This document shows positions 21,786 through 35,000 of a DNA stretch of 64,000 nt, in pieces. Position 1 is the stretch's first letter, and each line of letters starts with the position of its first letter. The notes below the pieces were generated by a model. That model searched no databases and had not been told where the DNA came from. It worked only from the letters and a program-made list of their open reading frames with translations. The position numbers and the translations under genes are program-made. The DNA is from Macrostomum lignano (Eukaryota): contig NIVC01001370.1 of the NCBI GenBank assembly GCA_002269645.1, forward strand, positions 62,001 through 126,000, given 5' to 3'.

Positions 21786-24700
21786 CAAATTTATTGAAGC
21801 TTTATAGGGCACTGAGCATTGAAAGGAGATAATGACAACTGAAAAATAAAAACCCACAAGTATGACTTACTAGAACTCCAACATATTAACAAGGCACCTT
21901 CCTACCAATAAACAAACAAAATTAACAAATAAACAAAATAATTTCATAAGATTTATAAATTTCACTGTCTTGAAAATTGCAACTAATGAGTATAATGATA
22001 ACCATGTGCAACATTTGCAATTGTCCCTTAAAATAAGTTGCTAATGAGAATTTTAAACTGCATTTATAACCATATAGAATAACAAACCTAGATGGACTTT
22101 CTGACAATGCATACTCCAAGGTGCATAATCAGGCATAGCTCATATTGTTTGGAACAGGAGCATATAATAAGTAAAGCAGACTTATAAATTATTTGTTCAT
22201 GTACTTAATGATTTATTATTTATTTTTAATTTACAAAGCAGTTAGAGGTTAATAGCCTATAGGTCCAGGTGAATACCATTAATGCAATAATGGGTGAAGA
22301 TCAAAATATGATTTTAACGTGCACTATAGTTAAAAATGGTCTGGTCTCCCTTACTCAGAATATATGAACATAGCAGGGCTGCACCACTATGTTAAAGTTG
22401 CATATTGAGGGTAGATGACTGATTTTTTATATACAATGCTTCTAAGATCTCAAGTTTGTAATTAGATAGACATTGGTCAATGATTCTAAAGTATTCTTCT
22501 TTAAGTGTATTATTAGAGCAGCTGTTGCATTCCAAAAGATAGGTTTGGATAGCTGGCAGTTGAGCCAGTGCTCCCTAGTTCTGGTGTGTGAGTCTTTTGG
22601 TCTTCCCCACATAGGAGATACTCTAGTCATCAGAATCAATAGATAATACCTGTATGTAGAGCATAGGGCATACATGAAATTAACCAACTAACAAAACTGC
22701 CAACTTTGGAAATAAAAGGATAGCCAAATAAAGGGAGAATGAGGGTTGGTTTACTCTAGTCAATGTGATTAGGTTTGATAAACTTTTGTTGATTCACTCT
22801 TTTAGAAATGAATTTGTGAATGTTGTAGTAGATAAAGACTAAAGGGTAACCATTCTATTGGAGCATTTTGGTTAAGAACTTGATTTTTTAATCAAATTTG
22901 ATCTAGGAATTTCAGATAATAAAGGCTCTATAAAGCAAACATATGATCAGACCAGATTTGCATTGTCTAAAGCACAAATTATAAAAGTTAAAAATGGTTC
23001 AACCTGATTGCATCACCCCTAAGTGAACCAATTCTATTTCTATATATTAGAATATTTTGTAATACTTTGCCTATTAACAGGCATAAGATCATTTTTATCC
23101 AAAAACTTGATTTTTTATTAATAATATTGTATATTAAAATAATAATAATAAAAACATTTTATTCTATGTCGAAAATTCTATGTTGAATATATCATTTTTA
23201 AAGGTAGACAAGATTCAATCTTAATCTTGATCATCAAGATCTTGGCACTTTTTTAAATTTCAATCTCAGTTTCAAGATCTCAAAAAAGTTAAGATTTGAG
23301 ACTGTGTGACTGTTGGTAACTATACTATTATCATATTTATATGATATACATCAAGTTACTAACAAGCTCAATATTATATAATAATTGCTTTCTTTTTATT
23401 ATCATCACTGTACATATTTAACAAACAAAAATATTAGCATTGAAGATAGAATTGTGTCAATAGGCCTATTAGATTCTATTTAGGCTTAATTTCAAATCTC
23501 AATTAAATCTTGATTATCTTAAAAAAGTATAGATTTCCCAAGCTGAAATTCATCCCTAAAAAAATATATTTGGCACCAAAAGTTAAAAAATTAAATGCAT
23601 GCAAACAAACCTTTATTAAAAATATAAAATATTGTGCTATACTAAAGTCTTGAGAAAGCTTTTATAAATTAACAATCAAATATTATCATTGCTAGATATA
23701 ATTCCAACAATATACGGAATCTTCTGGCAAAAAAAGTTATTGTTCTGCATGCACTTAGGCCTAAAGTTCACTGAAAGTAGCAATACTGGTCAATTTTTTG
23801 TTTTGTGCACTTGATGTATGAAGTATACCCTAGTAGATCTCAAGTCTAAAATATTTTGAAAATGTGATATCATCCAACCCCAATTCCAATTGGAATATAT
23901 AAAAAACTTGCAGACACACATGGGATCTAAAATTATAGCTCAAAAACATGACAAAACACAGAACATGTTAACTTTTATACCAAATATATGTATAGTACTA
24001 ATTAGATGATGAGACATTTAGCCTTAACAAGATAGTCATAGTTATTCCTGCCATTTATCCAAAACTACTGTCTTGACTCTAGCTATAACACACTATTGGA
24101 TAATTCCAAAATTGCAACAGATGGTTGGATGCCTTTTGTCCACTTATTCCAATAGGGCATTCCATAGGTGTAAGAATAGGGGGACAGTGGGGCCATGGCC
24201 CTCCACTTTTTAAAATGGGAGGCCAGTAATGGTATCTGGCCCCTCCAAATTTTAAATGTAAAATATAGACTTTTTGCTTCTTTTTTTACTCTTATTTTTG
24301 GTTTTTGCTGCTTTGCATAAACATATATGCATGGTATATATTAATATAAAATAAAAAAATTGGAAACTTGTAAATATATAGGTTACAATTTTGATTTTTG
24401 ATTTCTAAGAAATCATTCAAAGAAACATCTACCATAGACCATACCATTACCATGATCCATAAAGCATGAATCATGATTTTGATTCATTCATTCTTATTCA
24501 TATTCATGAATAAAAATTAAGAATGAACTAAATGAACATTACATTGAGTCATTAAGCAGTGACAATAAGAATAAACTGACTAACAATGAGACATATAATA
24601 TTATATTTAATATAGCTATCTATTATATTTTTACAATGGTTTGTTTTTTGTTTTTTATTAAAAAGTTAAAAACAGTTTTGTTATATGTGGCATATAGCCA

Positions 24701-25250
24701 GGAAAATTAATAGTATTTTAAATGCTCCTAATTGATTTGGAGATAGTTAGTTAGCAATGGTAGTTTTAGGAGGAAAGGGCTAAGCTGGCTGAAGCTCCTT
24801 AGGCCTTAGCCTTTCCAATTATAATTTGATTTGAGATTGCAATATATTTATTTATCATATAAGATATAATGATCCAAGTATCAATTTCTTTATTATATCA
24901 ATGATTATAATATAGTGGATAGATTACTAGGAATGTAATAATTTTAAATTTGCTAATTTGCTATATAGTTTGCTTATCTCATCTTGTTCTTGTGGCCTTA
25001 TACAAAACAAAAAAGTTGCTTACTTAAGTTACTAATATTATTAACATTGCAGCAGCCAGCAATCAACAACAATGAGAAAGATCAATATAGATATACAAAA
25101 CTTTTTGGAAAGTCAAAATCCAATTCAAATGAACTATAAGCACCTATATCCTTGACCCTATGTGTTAATATGCCTGCTGAACCTCTAGGTGCTAATGCAC
25201 TTATATTACCTACTGAAGCTGAACCTCTATGTGCTAATATGCCTGCATTC

Positions 25251-25652
25251 TAGAGGTCGGACGAGCAGAAAATTTTGGTCAGACATGAAATTTTGTGAAA
25301 TTTTCAAAGTCGGGCGTGATCGTGATTGTGAATTTATATTTGCATACACGTATTTTGAGCTCGTAAGTTACAAGTATTGAAAATAACAAAACAAGAAAAT
25401 AAATATTTATAAGTTGATAATAGCTACTCGGTAATGCTGTCAAGTCAACAAATTTAAAATTTATTACTCTTTTACACATTTGTATTCACATATTTTGGTA
25501 AACCAAGTAGAAAAGTTATACTTCTAATAAAAATGTAATAAAGCGGAAATTCACGACTGTTGTGAACAGGTTTCAAGGAAATCACGATTGTGAAAAAAAT
25601 GGTCGTGAATTCACAAAATCGTGATCACGATCGTGATCACGTCCGACCCCTA
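25251..25652. mobile_element. hAT-type MITE (402 bp) nested in the decayed hAT element
   Basis: TIR TAGAGGTCGGACG / CGTCCGACCCCTA; exact 8-bp target-site duplication CTGCATTC at 25243-25250 and 25653-25660. Confidence 0.88.
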
Positions 25653-26051
25653 CTGCATTCTTTGCTGAACCCCCAGGTCTTGTTATGCCTACTAAACTGC
25701 AAGAGCAAGGGCAACCAACTGAACAGTAAACAACTACTATAGGTGCTTTTTCTACTGCTACTGAAATGCTTTCAGAGGATTTAGGTAAGGAAGATTAGAA
25801 ATTAGGGATTTATTATTCTTCTTAGCCGTCATTTTTTGGTTATAATGTGGACTATTTTAGTATATAACTGTGGTACTCCATTTTTTCTCATTTATCAGGT
25901 TCAGTTGCATCTCACCCTGGCTTGTCCTGCTCCTTTTTATGCTATACATTGGATGGGTCACACCAGCCACATGACATGGACACTGAAAAAATGGCTTATC
26001 TTCAAGGTGGCCACTTGTACAGTCAACATAAAGTGGTAAAGTCAGTATAGC

Positions 26052-27510
26052 TGGCTAAGTGTATATATGGCAACTGGAAAAGTGTTCTATAACATTTGCA
26101 GATGACAGGAGCAGCACAAAATTAACCATGAGTAAGAGCAAAGACCCCGTCTTTATACAAGATAGGTTCAACAACTGGAAAAAGGCCAGAGTCTTTCAAC
26201 AAGCATGAGTCTTTTCTCTACCACCAAGAAGCATGCTTTAAGCTGCTCAATGAAGGGAAAGAGACAATTAACTCATAGCTAGCCAGTCAATCTACTGCTA
26301 AATACGCATGTAGGAGGAAGTGTCTTAAGAAAGAAATGGAGTGCATTGTATTTTTACTACACCAGAATTTTCTTGTCTAAAGCAAAGAAGAAAGTGAAAG
26401 AAACCTTAACCAACTGCTCATCCTGAAAAAAGGGTTATCCTAGACCTTGGCATCTGGAATGAATAATTGTCTCTTATGATCCAAAATGAGTTGATCCAAA
26501 AAATTGGCATAACAATATTCCAACAACTTCTCAACATCAGAGAAGCAAAGTTTAATGCCATCCTAGCAGATAAGACAACTGATGTTACCCCTAAAGAGCA
26601 GTTAAACTTGTCCATTTGTTAGGTAAATGAGCAATTGAACATCAATGAAGATCTAGTGGAATTAATCTAAGTGGTAAATACCATAGGAAAGGTCTAGCAG
26701 CTAGATTAAAGGATGCCCTAGTCCACATGCAACTCCCTTTACAATATTGCTATGACTAAGCATATGATGATACAGTAAACATGTCACGGAAAATGAAAGG
26801 GGTGGCAGCCAGAATCTAGAAAGAGTACCCAGCTGCTATCCATATGCACTGCCTAGTGCACTATGCCAATTTTGTCCTACAAGAAGTATCTTGGCAGCAA
26901 AAAATTGTGAGAGATACCTTGGACCTCACAAATAAGATCACTTCTTTTTGTAGACTGTCTACTATGGAAGAAAGATTGAGGCTTCAAAAGAGCCCATTGC
27001 TTCTATATATTTAGCAAGCAACAAAGACCCAAGGGTCTCATACATGTATACAAAGAAAAAGGGGCAAAGGAAAAAGGAAGGAACAAAAAAGCAAGCACTG
27101 GGTGATACATTGAGACAAAGAACATTCCTATCCTACTTCTTCTTAACCCCTCTCACATAACACAACTACACTGTATGTCATCACACTTTTGTAAGAAACT
27201 TTCTAAAAATATCAAATATCTTCTAAATCCAAAGCATGGCACTTGAGATCCCAGGAACACATGGAACATCACTATGCCCTTTGTGCCTTACACAATGGAC
27301 TTGCTGCACTGCTTCATTGAAAAGCCTAATTTGCAACTACTTAGCAGTGATGGACACCATAGAAAAAGTCAATATATCTTTTAGTGATAAAACTCTAAGA
27401 GAGCTACTAGAATGCTAGTGCTTATGGAGAAGTTTAGCTTTGTGTTTAGGCTTTATCTATCTCTGGCTATTTTCTTTATGGCTAAAGAGCTTTTCCATGC
27501 CTTGAATTTT
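26052..27510 (+). pseudogene. hAT transposase pseudogene (ZMYM1-like, TTF zinc finger / DUF4371 type)
   Basis: Fragments in family order, broken by stops and frameshifts: WL..GKVFYNIC, FNNWKKA, IQNELIQ, AILADKTTDVTPKEQL, AYDDTVNMSRKMKGVAARI, HMHCLVH, LCPLCLTQWT. They correspond to the hAT motifs GF-x-NWKKA, DETTD..EQL, YDGASNMSG, HC-x-x-H and LCPTRW. Confidence 0.85.
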
Positions 27511-28721
27511 CATAAACCTTCCCCAAGTCCCTAGACTTGCATTCCTAGTCTCTATATTACTATTGCATGAAACATTTTTGCCAATTGAAGAAAGTCAGAC
27601 TATAGAAAAGGTATAAAAAATAATATCAGTTGGTTTATATAATGCATAGCAGTATAAAAGAATATTTAAATTTGAAAATTTAGTTTCTAAATCTAATGCA
27701 TAAACACAAAATATACTAGTTTGGTTTTTTGGCTCTTCCTTTTCCATTTCTGCCTTAACTTATTTTTTTTCATTGTTATAACTCAGTACAAATGCAAATA
27801 TAATTGGTACACTTAGTAAGGTTTTTTTAACAAAATGCTCATATTAAAAAACATTTGTTTTTTGGATAAAAGTCTATAAAAAGAATTTTTTTTCAAATTT
27901 TTGCATAGACAATAATAAAAAAAAATTAATATGACAAGCAATGTCGTTCCAAAAAATTTCGCAATGAAATTTTTGGGATAATTGGATTCCCTAGTCCTAT
28001 GCCAAAAGATGGCCCTTGGCTACCCTACTTTTTCAAATGTTCTTATGCCTATAAGGAATTCAACCCTAATCATTTGTAACTTTTTTATCATTTACCTATT
28101 CATAAAAAAGTCTAATATAATATGACTAAAATAGCCAAAACCTTTACAACAAATTTTAAGTGTTTAAACCTAATAAGGCAAAAAAACAAAGGTCAAAGAA
28201 CAAAAAATATTTTTTTATCATTTTTTTGCAAAAAACTTTACCTCTCATTCTTCTTTTGAATTATTAAATAATTTAGCATACTAAACAAAGTTGAGTCCCT
28301 GACCAGAGTCAATAAGCCAAACCAATTAAAAAATATATTTTTTCTAATTTTTTAAGTATAAAATATTTAAGTATTTGAAATAAAAGGTTAGTTATATAGA
28401 TTATGACTATGACTATGTCATGAATTGAAAAATGGCAGCTATTATTGTTATAGTAACCATATAAATAGTGAGACAGTTATTTTTGGTTACTACTTACAAT
28501 AAATACTATCTAAATGAAATAATGAACCTGGGCTACAATGCAACTAAGGACAAAGTAAAAGTGAATAAATTTAAAAAATAAAGAAACATGTTATTAATAA
28601 ATATATTCATACAATAGTGGTAACTTCCAAATAGTTCTTGTTATAGTAGCATATTTTAGGTAATTGTTAAGTTAACTATTAGTATTACATTGTAATTTAA
28701 CTGAATTTTTTTCCATATGAC

Positions 28722-29210
28722 CCAGGATGGAATTATTGTATTTCTTAAGTCAAACAGAATCATGTGATTTTTTATGGCGCGCAAAATATTTTTTATTGGT
28801 CACATTTTTTTTGGTACTTAGCACGTCGCAAAATAACGAAATAACGAAATAACAAAAGACAATAACGAAAAATGCATTCTAAGAAAATGTGGTGATTTGA
28901 ATTTTTGTCCAAATACGTATGTTAGAGAATGTTACGAGATTCTACTTTTTATAGAATTTTTTTCGAATTTTTACTTTTGTACCTTATTTAGTTTTTATTT
29001 TTTATTTTTTATTCTTTTTTTTGTGAGCTTAGCTAGTAGGATTATCTTTTGCAAAATCCAATATATCAAGCGCACTTTTGCATATATTAAGAATTAGAAA
29101 TTTTGTCTGAAATTCTGCGACACATTTTTCTGGATTTTTTGACGCAAAATCACATTTTTTCGCTCAATTGCATAACACGTTATGATTTTTCTGCAAGAAT
29201 TCCATCTAGG
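28722..29210. mobile_element. MITE (489 bp) with 8-bp target-site duplication
   Basis: TIR CCAGGATGGAATTATTGTA versus CCTAGATGGAATTCTTGCA (4 mismatches); CATATGAC at 28714-28721 and 29211-29218. Confidence 0.72.
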
Positions 29211-29306
29211 CATATGACCATAAAAATAACCATTTTGCTTCCTACCTATAGTGACAAAAAAAATAACAGTTTTGCTTTTCATACAGTTATCAGTTAGGGC
29301 CTACAG

Positions 29307-29704
29307 TAGAGGTCGGACGGGATCCCGATCCCAATCCCGAAATCTCGGGATCCCAAGGAAAATTGAATTCCTGCGGGACCAGACTCCCAACCCTAAAAAA
29401 CTCGAGATTCGGGAACAGGTCTTTTGATTAAAAATTTATAGAATTAGTGATTACTTGAAGGTATTTTGCTTTAACTTGTACTCATTACATTATTTACTTT
29501 GTTGGGCCTGGTTACAAAACTTCATATCAATTTCGTTGTGTTTTACTTCTTGATCTTTACAATCTTTTCTCAATTTTGTTTAACTTTACATGGACAATAC
29601 ACTAAAAGACCTGATCCCGATTCCCAATCCCGATCCCGATCCCGAGAAAAAAATTATTCCCGATCCTGATCCCGCCCAAAGATTTCAATCCCGTCCAACC
29701 TCTA
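29307..29704. mobile_element. hAT-type MITE (398 bp) with ATCCCG subterminal repeats
   Basis: TIR TAGAGGTCGGACGGGA / TCCCGTCCAACCTCTA (1 mismatch); exact 8-bp duplication GCCTACAG at 29299-29306 and 29705-29712. Confidence 0.88.
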
Positions 29705-30592
29705 GCCTACAGTAAGTAAAGACCCTAGGCCTAGATAGTGTCTTATGTGACAACCATAGAAATAACCATTTTGTTATTTATATGGTCACTGTAACAATAA
29801 CAACTGCCTTGAAAAATAGTTAATTATATTGGCTTAGTATTTTTTAATATAGATTATAGAGACTTTTATGCTAGAACTTAGGACATTAGACCTAATAATA
29901 GTTTTTAAACTATATCTTTTTGCAACTATAGCCTAAAGGCTAAAGGAACTTAGAATATTAGAGCAACAAAAACAATATAGGGCCTAGCCAACAAGTATTA
30001 TGTGACAATGAGAAAATGTTAGCAATTTTTTTATACAAATCAATTTAATCTGGGCGTTGGCTAATTGCTAATTTATTTTACACTGGCTTATGACTATGTC
30101 ATGTAATGATTGTAGTCATGATAGCCATAGCCATACCATAGGCACTATAGTATTATACCAGAGCGTTATGGACATACTAACATACAAACATTAGAGATTT
30201 AGTATATTTGGATTAGTTAATTTTTTCATTAGTTTAACTATTTAATCGAAATTTATATGTTTACTAATACTAACAGTCTGTGACAGTCTAAATACGTTAG
30301 AAAATTTCATTGGCGAGTCTACAGAATTCTGAAGACATAATCGATGTGTTGATGCGATCACGATTATCCGCTACGCGACCGCGATCTCGATCATACATCT
30401 TGTAAAATCATGCCGTGATCTAAAACATTTAAACTTGTAATAGTAAATCAAAACTTATCAGTTTTTTTACTGATGTCTACTAAAAATCAAGATTTTTACT
30501 TTTTCAACGTTTTAAGCTTTTAAAAAAATAAAATTCATTACATAGGTTCTTACTGTGCTAATTCCAGAGTAAGAGCACTTCCCTTAACGAGC

Positions 30593-30842
30593 GGGTGTTG
30601 CTATTTCGCGGCCAAGCCCGGCGGTCTTGTTACTTTGGTTTTTAACTTAATTTAAAAAATAGAGCATCAGAAGTTCATTAAATTAACAATCAATATTTTA
30701 CAATGTAGTAAACTCACAATTGACTCTAAAAATATGTGGCATTCTGGTCAGTATATTTTGTTTTACTTATTTACTAAAATAGATTTACATTGGCTAAATA
30801 GGGGCCGCCCGGGCCGGGCCGGGCCGCGAAATAGCAACACCC
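30593..30842. mobile_element. Mutator-like MITE (250 bp)
   Basis: Perfect 21-bp TIR GGGTGTTGCTATTTCGCGGCC; exact 9-bp duplication TTAACGAGC at 30584-30592 and 30843-30851. A 9-bp TSD with G-initial TIRs is the Mutator signature. Confidence 0.85.
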
Positions 30843-31897
30843 TTAACGAGCTGCCCTGAATCACAGTGCAAAAATGTTTCTAAAGGAACTTTTTTAAAAA
30901 TGCTTTCATGAAATATTTAAACAAAAAAGAAACGCAATGTGTGGGATGTAACATTAATTACATTTAACATTAATTTTACGTGCAATTTTTATTGCGCGTT
31001 GCATGCTTGGCAAAAATTTTACATGTATATTTCATTGTATGTTGCATATTTATGCCAAATGTGCAATAGCAGGTAACGGTACAGAAACTGAATGTCACGT
31101 TGTGATAGAATGAGTAGCGAAAGTTATGAAATCCTTTCATAAGATTTTACGCCGTGTGAAGGACTCATCAGACTGAATGATAAATTTACCGAATTACCGA
31201 AAAAATGCGTGTTAAAGGCGCGTTGTTTACGCGCTTAAATGCAAACGAAAACGCACATTTTATGCGCATTATACGCGAGTATCTGTTGGTTGCGAAGGGT
31301 CAGAATATAGCCTCTACACTAGAGCAACTGCAGTATTTCGACTTTTGACTTAAATTAGACACTTAAGAGCTGTAAAAACTCTGAGTGTATCATATCCCAG
31401 CTTCATTCTGCATATACAATTATGCATATGTTTCATATTCACTTAAAATGATAATTCAGTTAAATTTAACTGTGTATTTTTACGGTCTACTATATTACAT
31501 GTGTACTTTAGTCCGTAATTGTACTAAAGCAGACGAGAAATTTTGCGAGGCTAGGACAGATAAGATTCCTTAAGCAGTTTTTCTTATTTCAATATTCACT
31601 GCAGACCCCACATCTCGAAAGTGATTTCGCACAAGAAGATAAGCGAATTAGCACGATATTCGTCTGCGCCTCCAAGATGAAAATCTAGAAACGCTCACAG
31701 CAAATCTTGCTCGCTTCCTACCCTCACTCCGCGATCCACAGTCTACAATTAAATACAAAGTGACCTACGGACGGAGGTCTTAAATGAATTCGTCAACCCG
31801 CAGAAAAAAAGCTAGCCTTAGATAACTTCATTTCACTTTTCTCTCAAGCGCTCTCTCTGACACAGCAAGTTGCTACTAATTTTTGTGCGTTTCTCGG

Positions 31898-31995
31898 CCA
31901 GACAGACAAACAGACACTAAGACAGACACTAAGACAGACACTAAGACAGACAGACAGACAGATAGACGGACAGACAGATAGACAGACAGACACTG

Positions 31996-32056
<61 letters not shown>
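31898..32056. repeat. (GACA)n microsatellite
   Basis: Direct reading. Confidence 0.95.
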
Positions 32057-32064
32057 CTCTTACG

Positions 32065-35000
32065 ACTGTCTGTGTGTTTAGCGGGACCTGAGTTATGTTA
32101 ATGCGTTACGTGGACCACGCAATTCCGGTTAAAAAATAGAGTCTGTTTTGACAACGCGAAAGGCTAGCTAGGGTTATCTTTTTGTTAACTTGACGGAATA
32201 GCCAGTTCGGGGAAACTGTGGTGGTTCACTAACTACGTTTTGGGGACCGGGTTAGGTGGACCGCAAAAAAACAGTTGGTTTAGTTAGACCTCTTTCGTTG
32301 TAGAAAATTTATTGCTTTAAACTGTTCTTTTGAACTAATTAAAACAGAAATTCTCAAAAAGAACAGATAAAAGGGTTACGACGTCATTTAATGAAAATAT
32401 CCCAAGTTCAAACCAATTTATTTAGCATTACTAATCGGGTTAATCGGGTTAAACAAATGTACGATCGCATTAGTTAGTTGCGTCGCGTGAATACAAGAAG
32501 GTGAATGAAAATAAAGCATTTTGAAAATAAATACCGAATCATATCAAATACTAACTGTAAACTCATTAAAACTAATTTAGGTCAAAATGTATGCTTCAAA
32601 TACATGTTAACAAACGTAAGATTCCATTAGTTAAAAAGGTCATCCGAGTACGAGCCTACAAGAAGTTGAAGGGCATTTTTAATAACGGCAAAAGTTACTA
32701 AAACTGAAATTAAATTGATTTGACTACATCAGTCCTATTATACTGAATGAGTTGGTGAGCAATCATATGATAAGCCAATCATTTTACCGACTTTCATCTT
32801 TTCGTTCACGTAGATGATGGCTTAATCTTCTTATTTTTTCTACGAAATATTCTCCTGGACCTTCCCTGCCTCCGTGGTCCGGGACCGCTTCTGTTATTGA
32901 TCTGTCATTGCCTCTCTCACGAATTTCAGCTTACTCAGCCATCGAATCCGCTTTCGTCAGCTCAGCTCTATGATGAACCTTTCTATATTTCTCGTCAATT
33001 AGTGGTTTGAATCTTCTTTTACAGTTCGTTTTAACCTTCATCTCGGTGAAACGCAGTCAGTCTCGTCGAGCTCAGGCGAACAAAATCAACCACAGGCTCC
33101 TACAAAGGTAGAAAATAAAATTAACTGACAATCAAACAGACACAGAAATCTGTTTCAGTTGTGTCTGTAGGTTATGTGGACCACCTGAGAGCCAGAGCCT
33201 CAAACAAACAGAGAAATCTGTTCGAGTTGTGTCTGTGAGTGAGGTGAACCACCTTCTGAGAGCCAAAGCCTCAAACAGATTAAGAGAGCTGCTTCAGTTG
33301 TGTCTATAGGTTATGTGGACCACCTAAGAGCCAGAGCCTCAAACAGACAGAGAAATCTGTTCGAGTTGTGTCTGTAGGTTAGGTGGACCAGCTATTCTAC
33401 AGCACTTCTAGGCGATAATCTGAGCCAGGAATCTCCGAGAGCCTCTCGTTACACATCCAGATGTTCTGCCTTGATGCTGGACTAGCTCACTTTCTAGGAA
33501 TCTGTTCTGATTGCATTCTAACAAACTGAAGCATTCTCGCACTAAACTTTCTCGGCGGCTCTGAGAGCCAGAGCCTCAAACAGACAGAGAAATCTGTTCG
33601 AGTTGTGTCTGTAGGTTAGGTGGACCAGCTATTCTACAGCACTTCTAGGCGATAATCTGAGCCAGGAATCTCCGAGAGCCTCTCGTTACACATCCAGATG
33701 TTCTGCCTTGATGCTGGACTAGCTCACTTTCTAGGAATCTGTTCTGATTGCATTCTAACAAAATGAAGCATTCTTGGCACTAAACTTTCTCGGCGGCTCT
33801 GAGAGCCAGAGCCTCAAACAGACAGAGAAATCTGTTCGAGTTGTGTCTGTAGGTTAGGTGGACCAGCTATTCTACAGCACTTCTAGGCGATAATCTGAGC
33901 CAGGAATCTCCGAGAGCCTCTCGTTACACATCCAGATGTTCTGCCTTGATGCTGGACTAGCTCACTTTCTAGGAATCTGTTCTGATTGCATTCTAACAAA
34001 CTGAAGCATTCTCGGCACTAAACTTTCTCGGCGGTTCTGAGAGCCAGAGCCTTAAACAGACAGAGAAATCTGTTCGAGTTGTGTCTGTAGGTTAGGTGGA
34101 CCAGCTATTCTACAGCACTTCTAGGCGATAATCTGAGCCAGGAATCTCCGAGAGCCTCTCGTTACACATCCAGATGTTCTGCCTTGATGCTGGACTAGCT
34201 CACTTTCTAGGAATCTGTTCTGATTGCATTCTAACAAACTGAAGCATTCTCGGCACTAAACTTTCTCGGCGGCTCTGAGAGCCAGAGCCTCAAACAGACA
34301 GAGAAATCTGTTCGAGTTGTGTCTGTAGGTTAGGTGGACCAGCTACTGAGAGCCAAAGCCTCAAACAGACTGAGAGAGCTGCTTCAGTTGTGTCTGTAGG
34401 TTATGTGGACCACCTAAGAGCCAGAGCCTCAAACAGACAGAGAAATCTGTTCGAGTTGTGTCTGTAGGTTAGGTGGACCAGCTATTCTACAGCACTTCTA
34501 GGCGATAATCTGAGCCAGGAATCTCCGAGAGCCTCTCGTTACACATCCAGATGTTCTGCCTTGATGCTGGACTAGCTCACTTTCTAGGAATCTGTTCTGA
34601 TTGCATTCTAACAAACTGAAGCATTCTCGGCACTAAACTTTCTCGGCGGCTCTGAGAGCCAGAGCCTTAAACAGACAGAGAAATCTGTTCGAGTTGTGTC
34701 TGTAGGTTAGGTGGACCAGCTATTCTACAGCACTTCTAGGCGATAATCTGAGCCAGGAATCTCCGAGAGCCTCTCGTTACACATCCAGATGTTCTGCCTT
34801 GATGCTGGACTAGCTAACTTTCTAGGAATCTGTTCTGATTGCATTCTAACAAACTGAAGCATTCTCGGCACTAAACTTTCTCGGCGGCTCTGAGAGCCAG
34901 AGCCTTAAACAGACAGAGAAATCTGTTCGAGTTGTGTCTGTAGGTTAGGTGAACCAGCTACTCCACAGCACTTCTAGGCGATAATCTGAGCCAGGAATCT

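Larger units (their letters stand above)
24163..28053 (+). mobile_element. Decayed hAT-superfamily DNA transposon, about 3.9 kb
   Basis: Imperfect terminal inverted repeats: CATAGGTGTAAGAA at 24163 and TTCTTATGCCTATA ending at 28053. The flanks GGGCATTC and AGGAATTC match at 6 of 8 positions (degenerate 8-bp duplication). Contains transposase remnants. Confidence 0.6.

Noticed and set aside
32770-33099. Apparent single frame interrupted only by TAA, suggesting stop-codon reassignment
   Set aside because: On recounting, the segments fall in different frames and TGA/TAG stops are also present. The conserved genes use standard stops.
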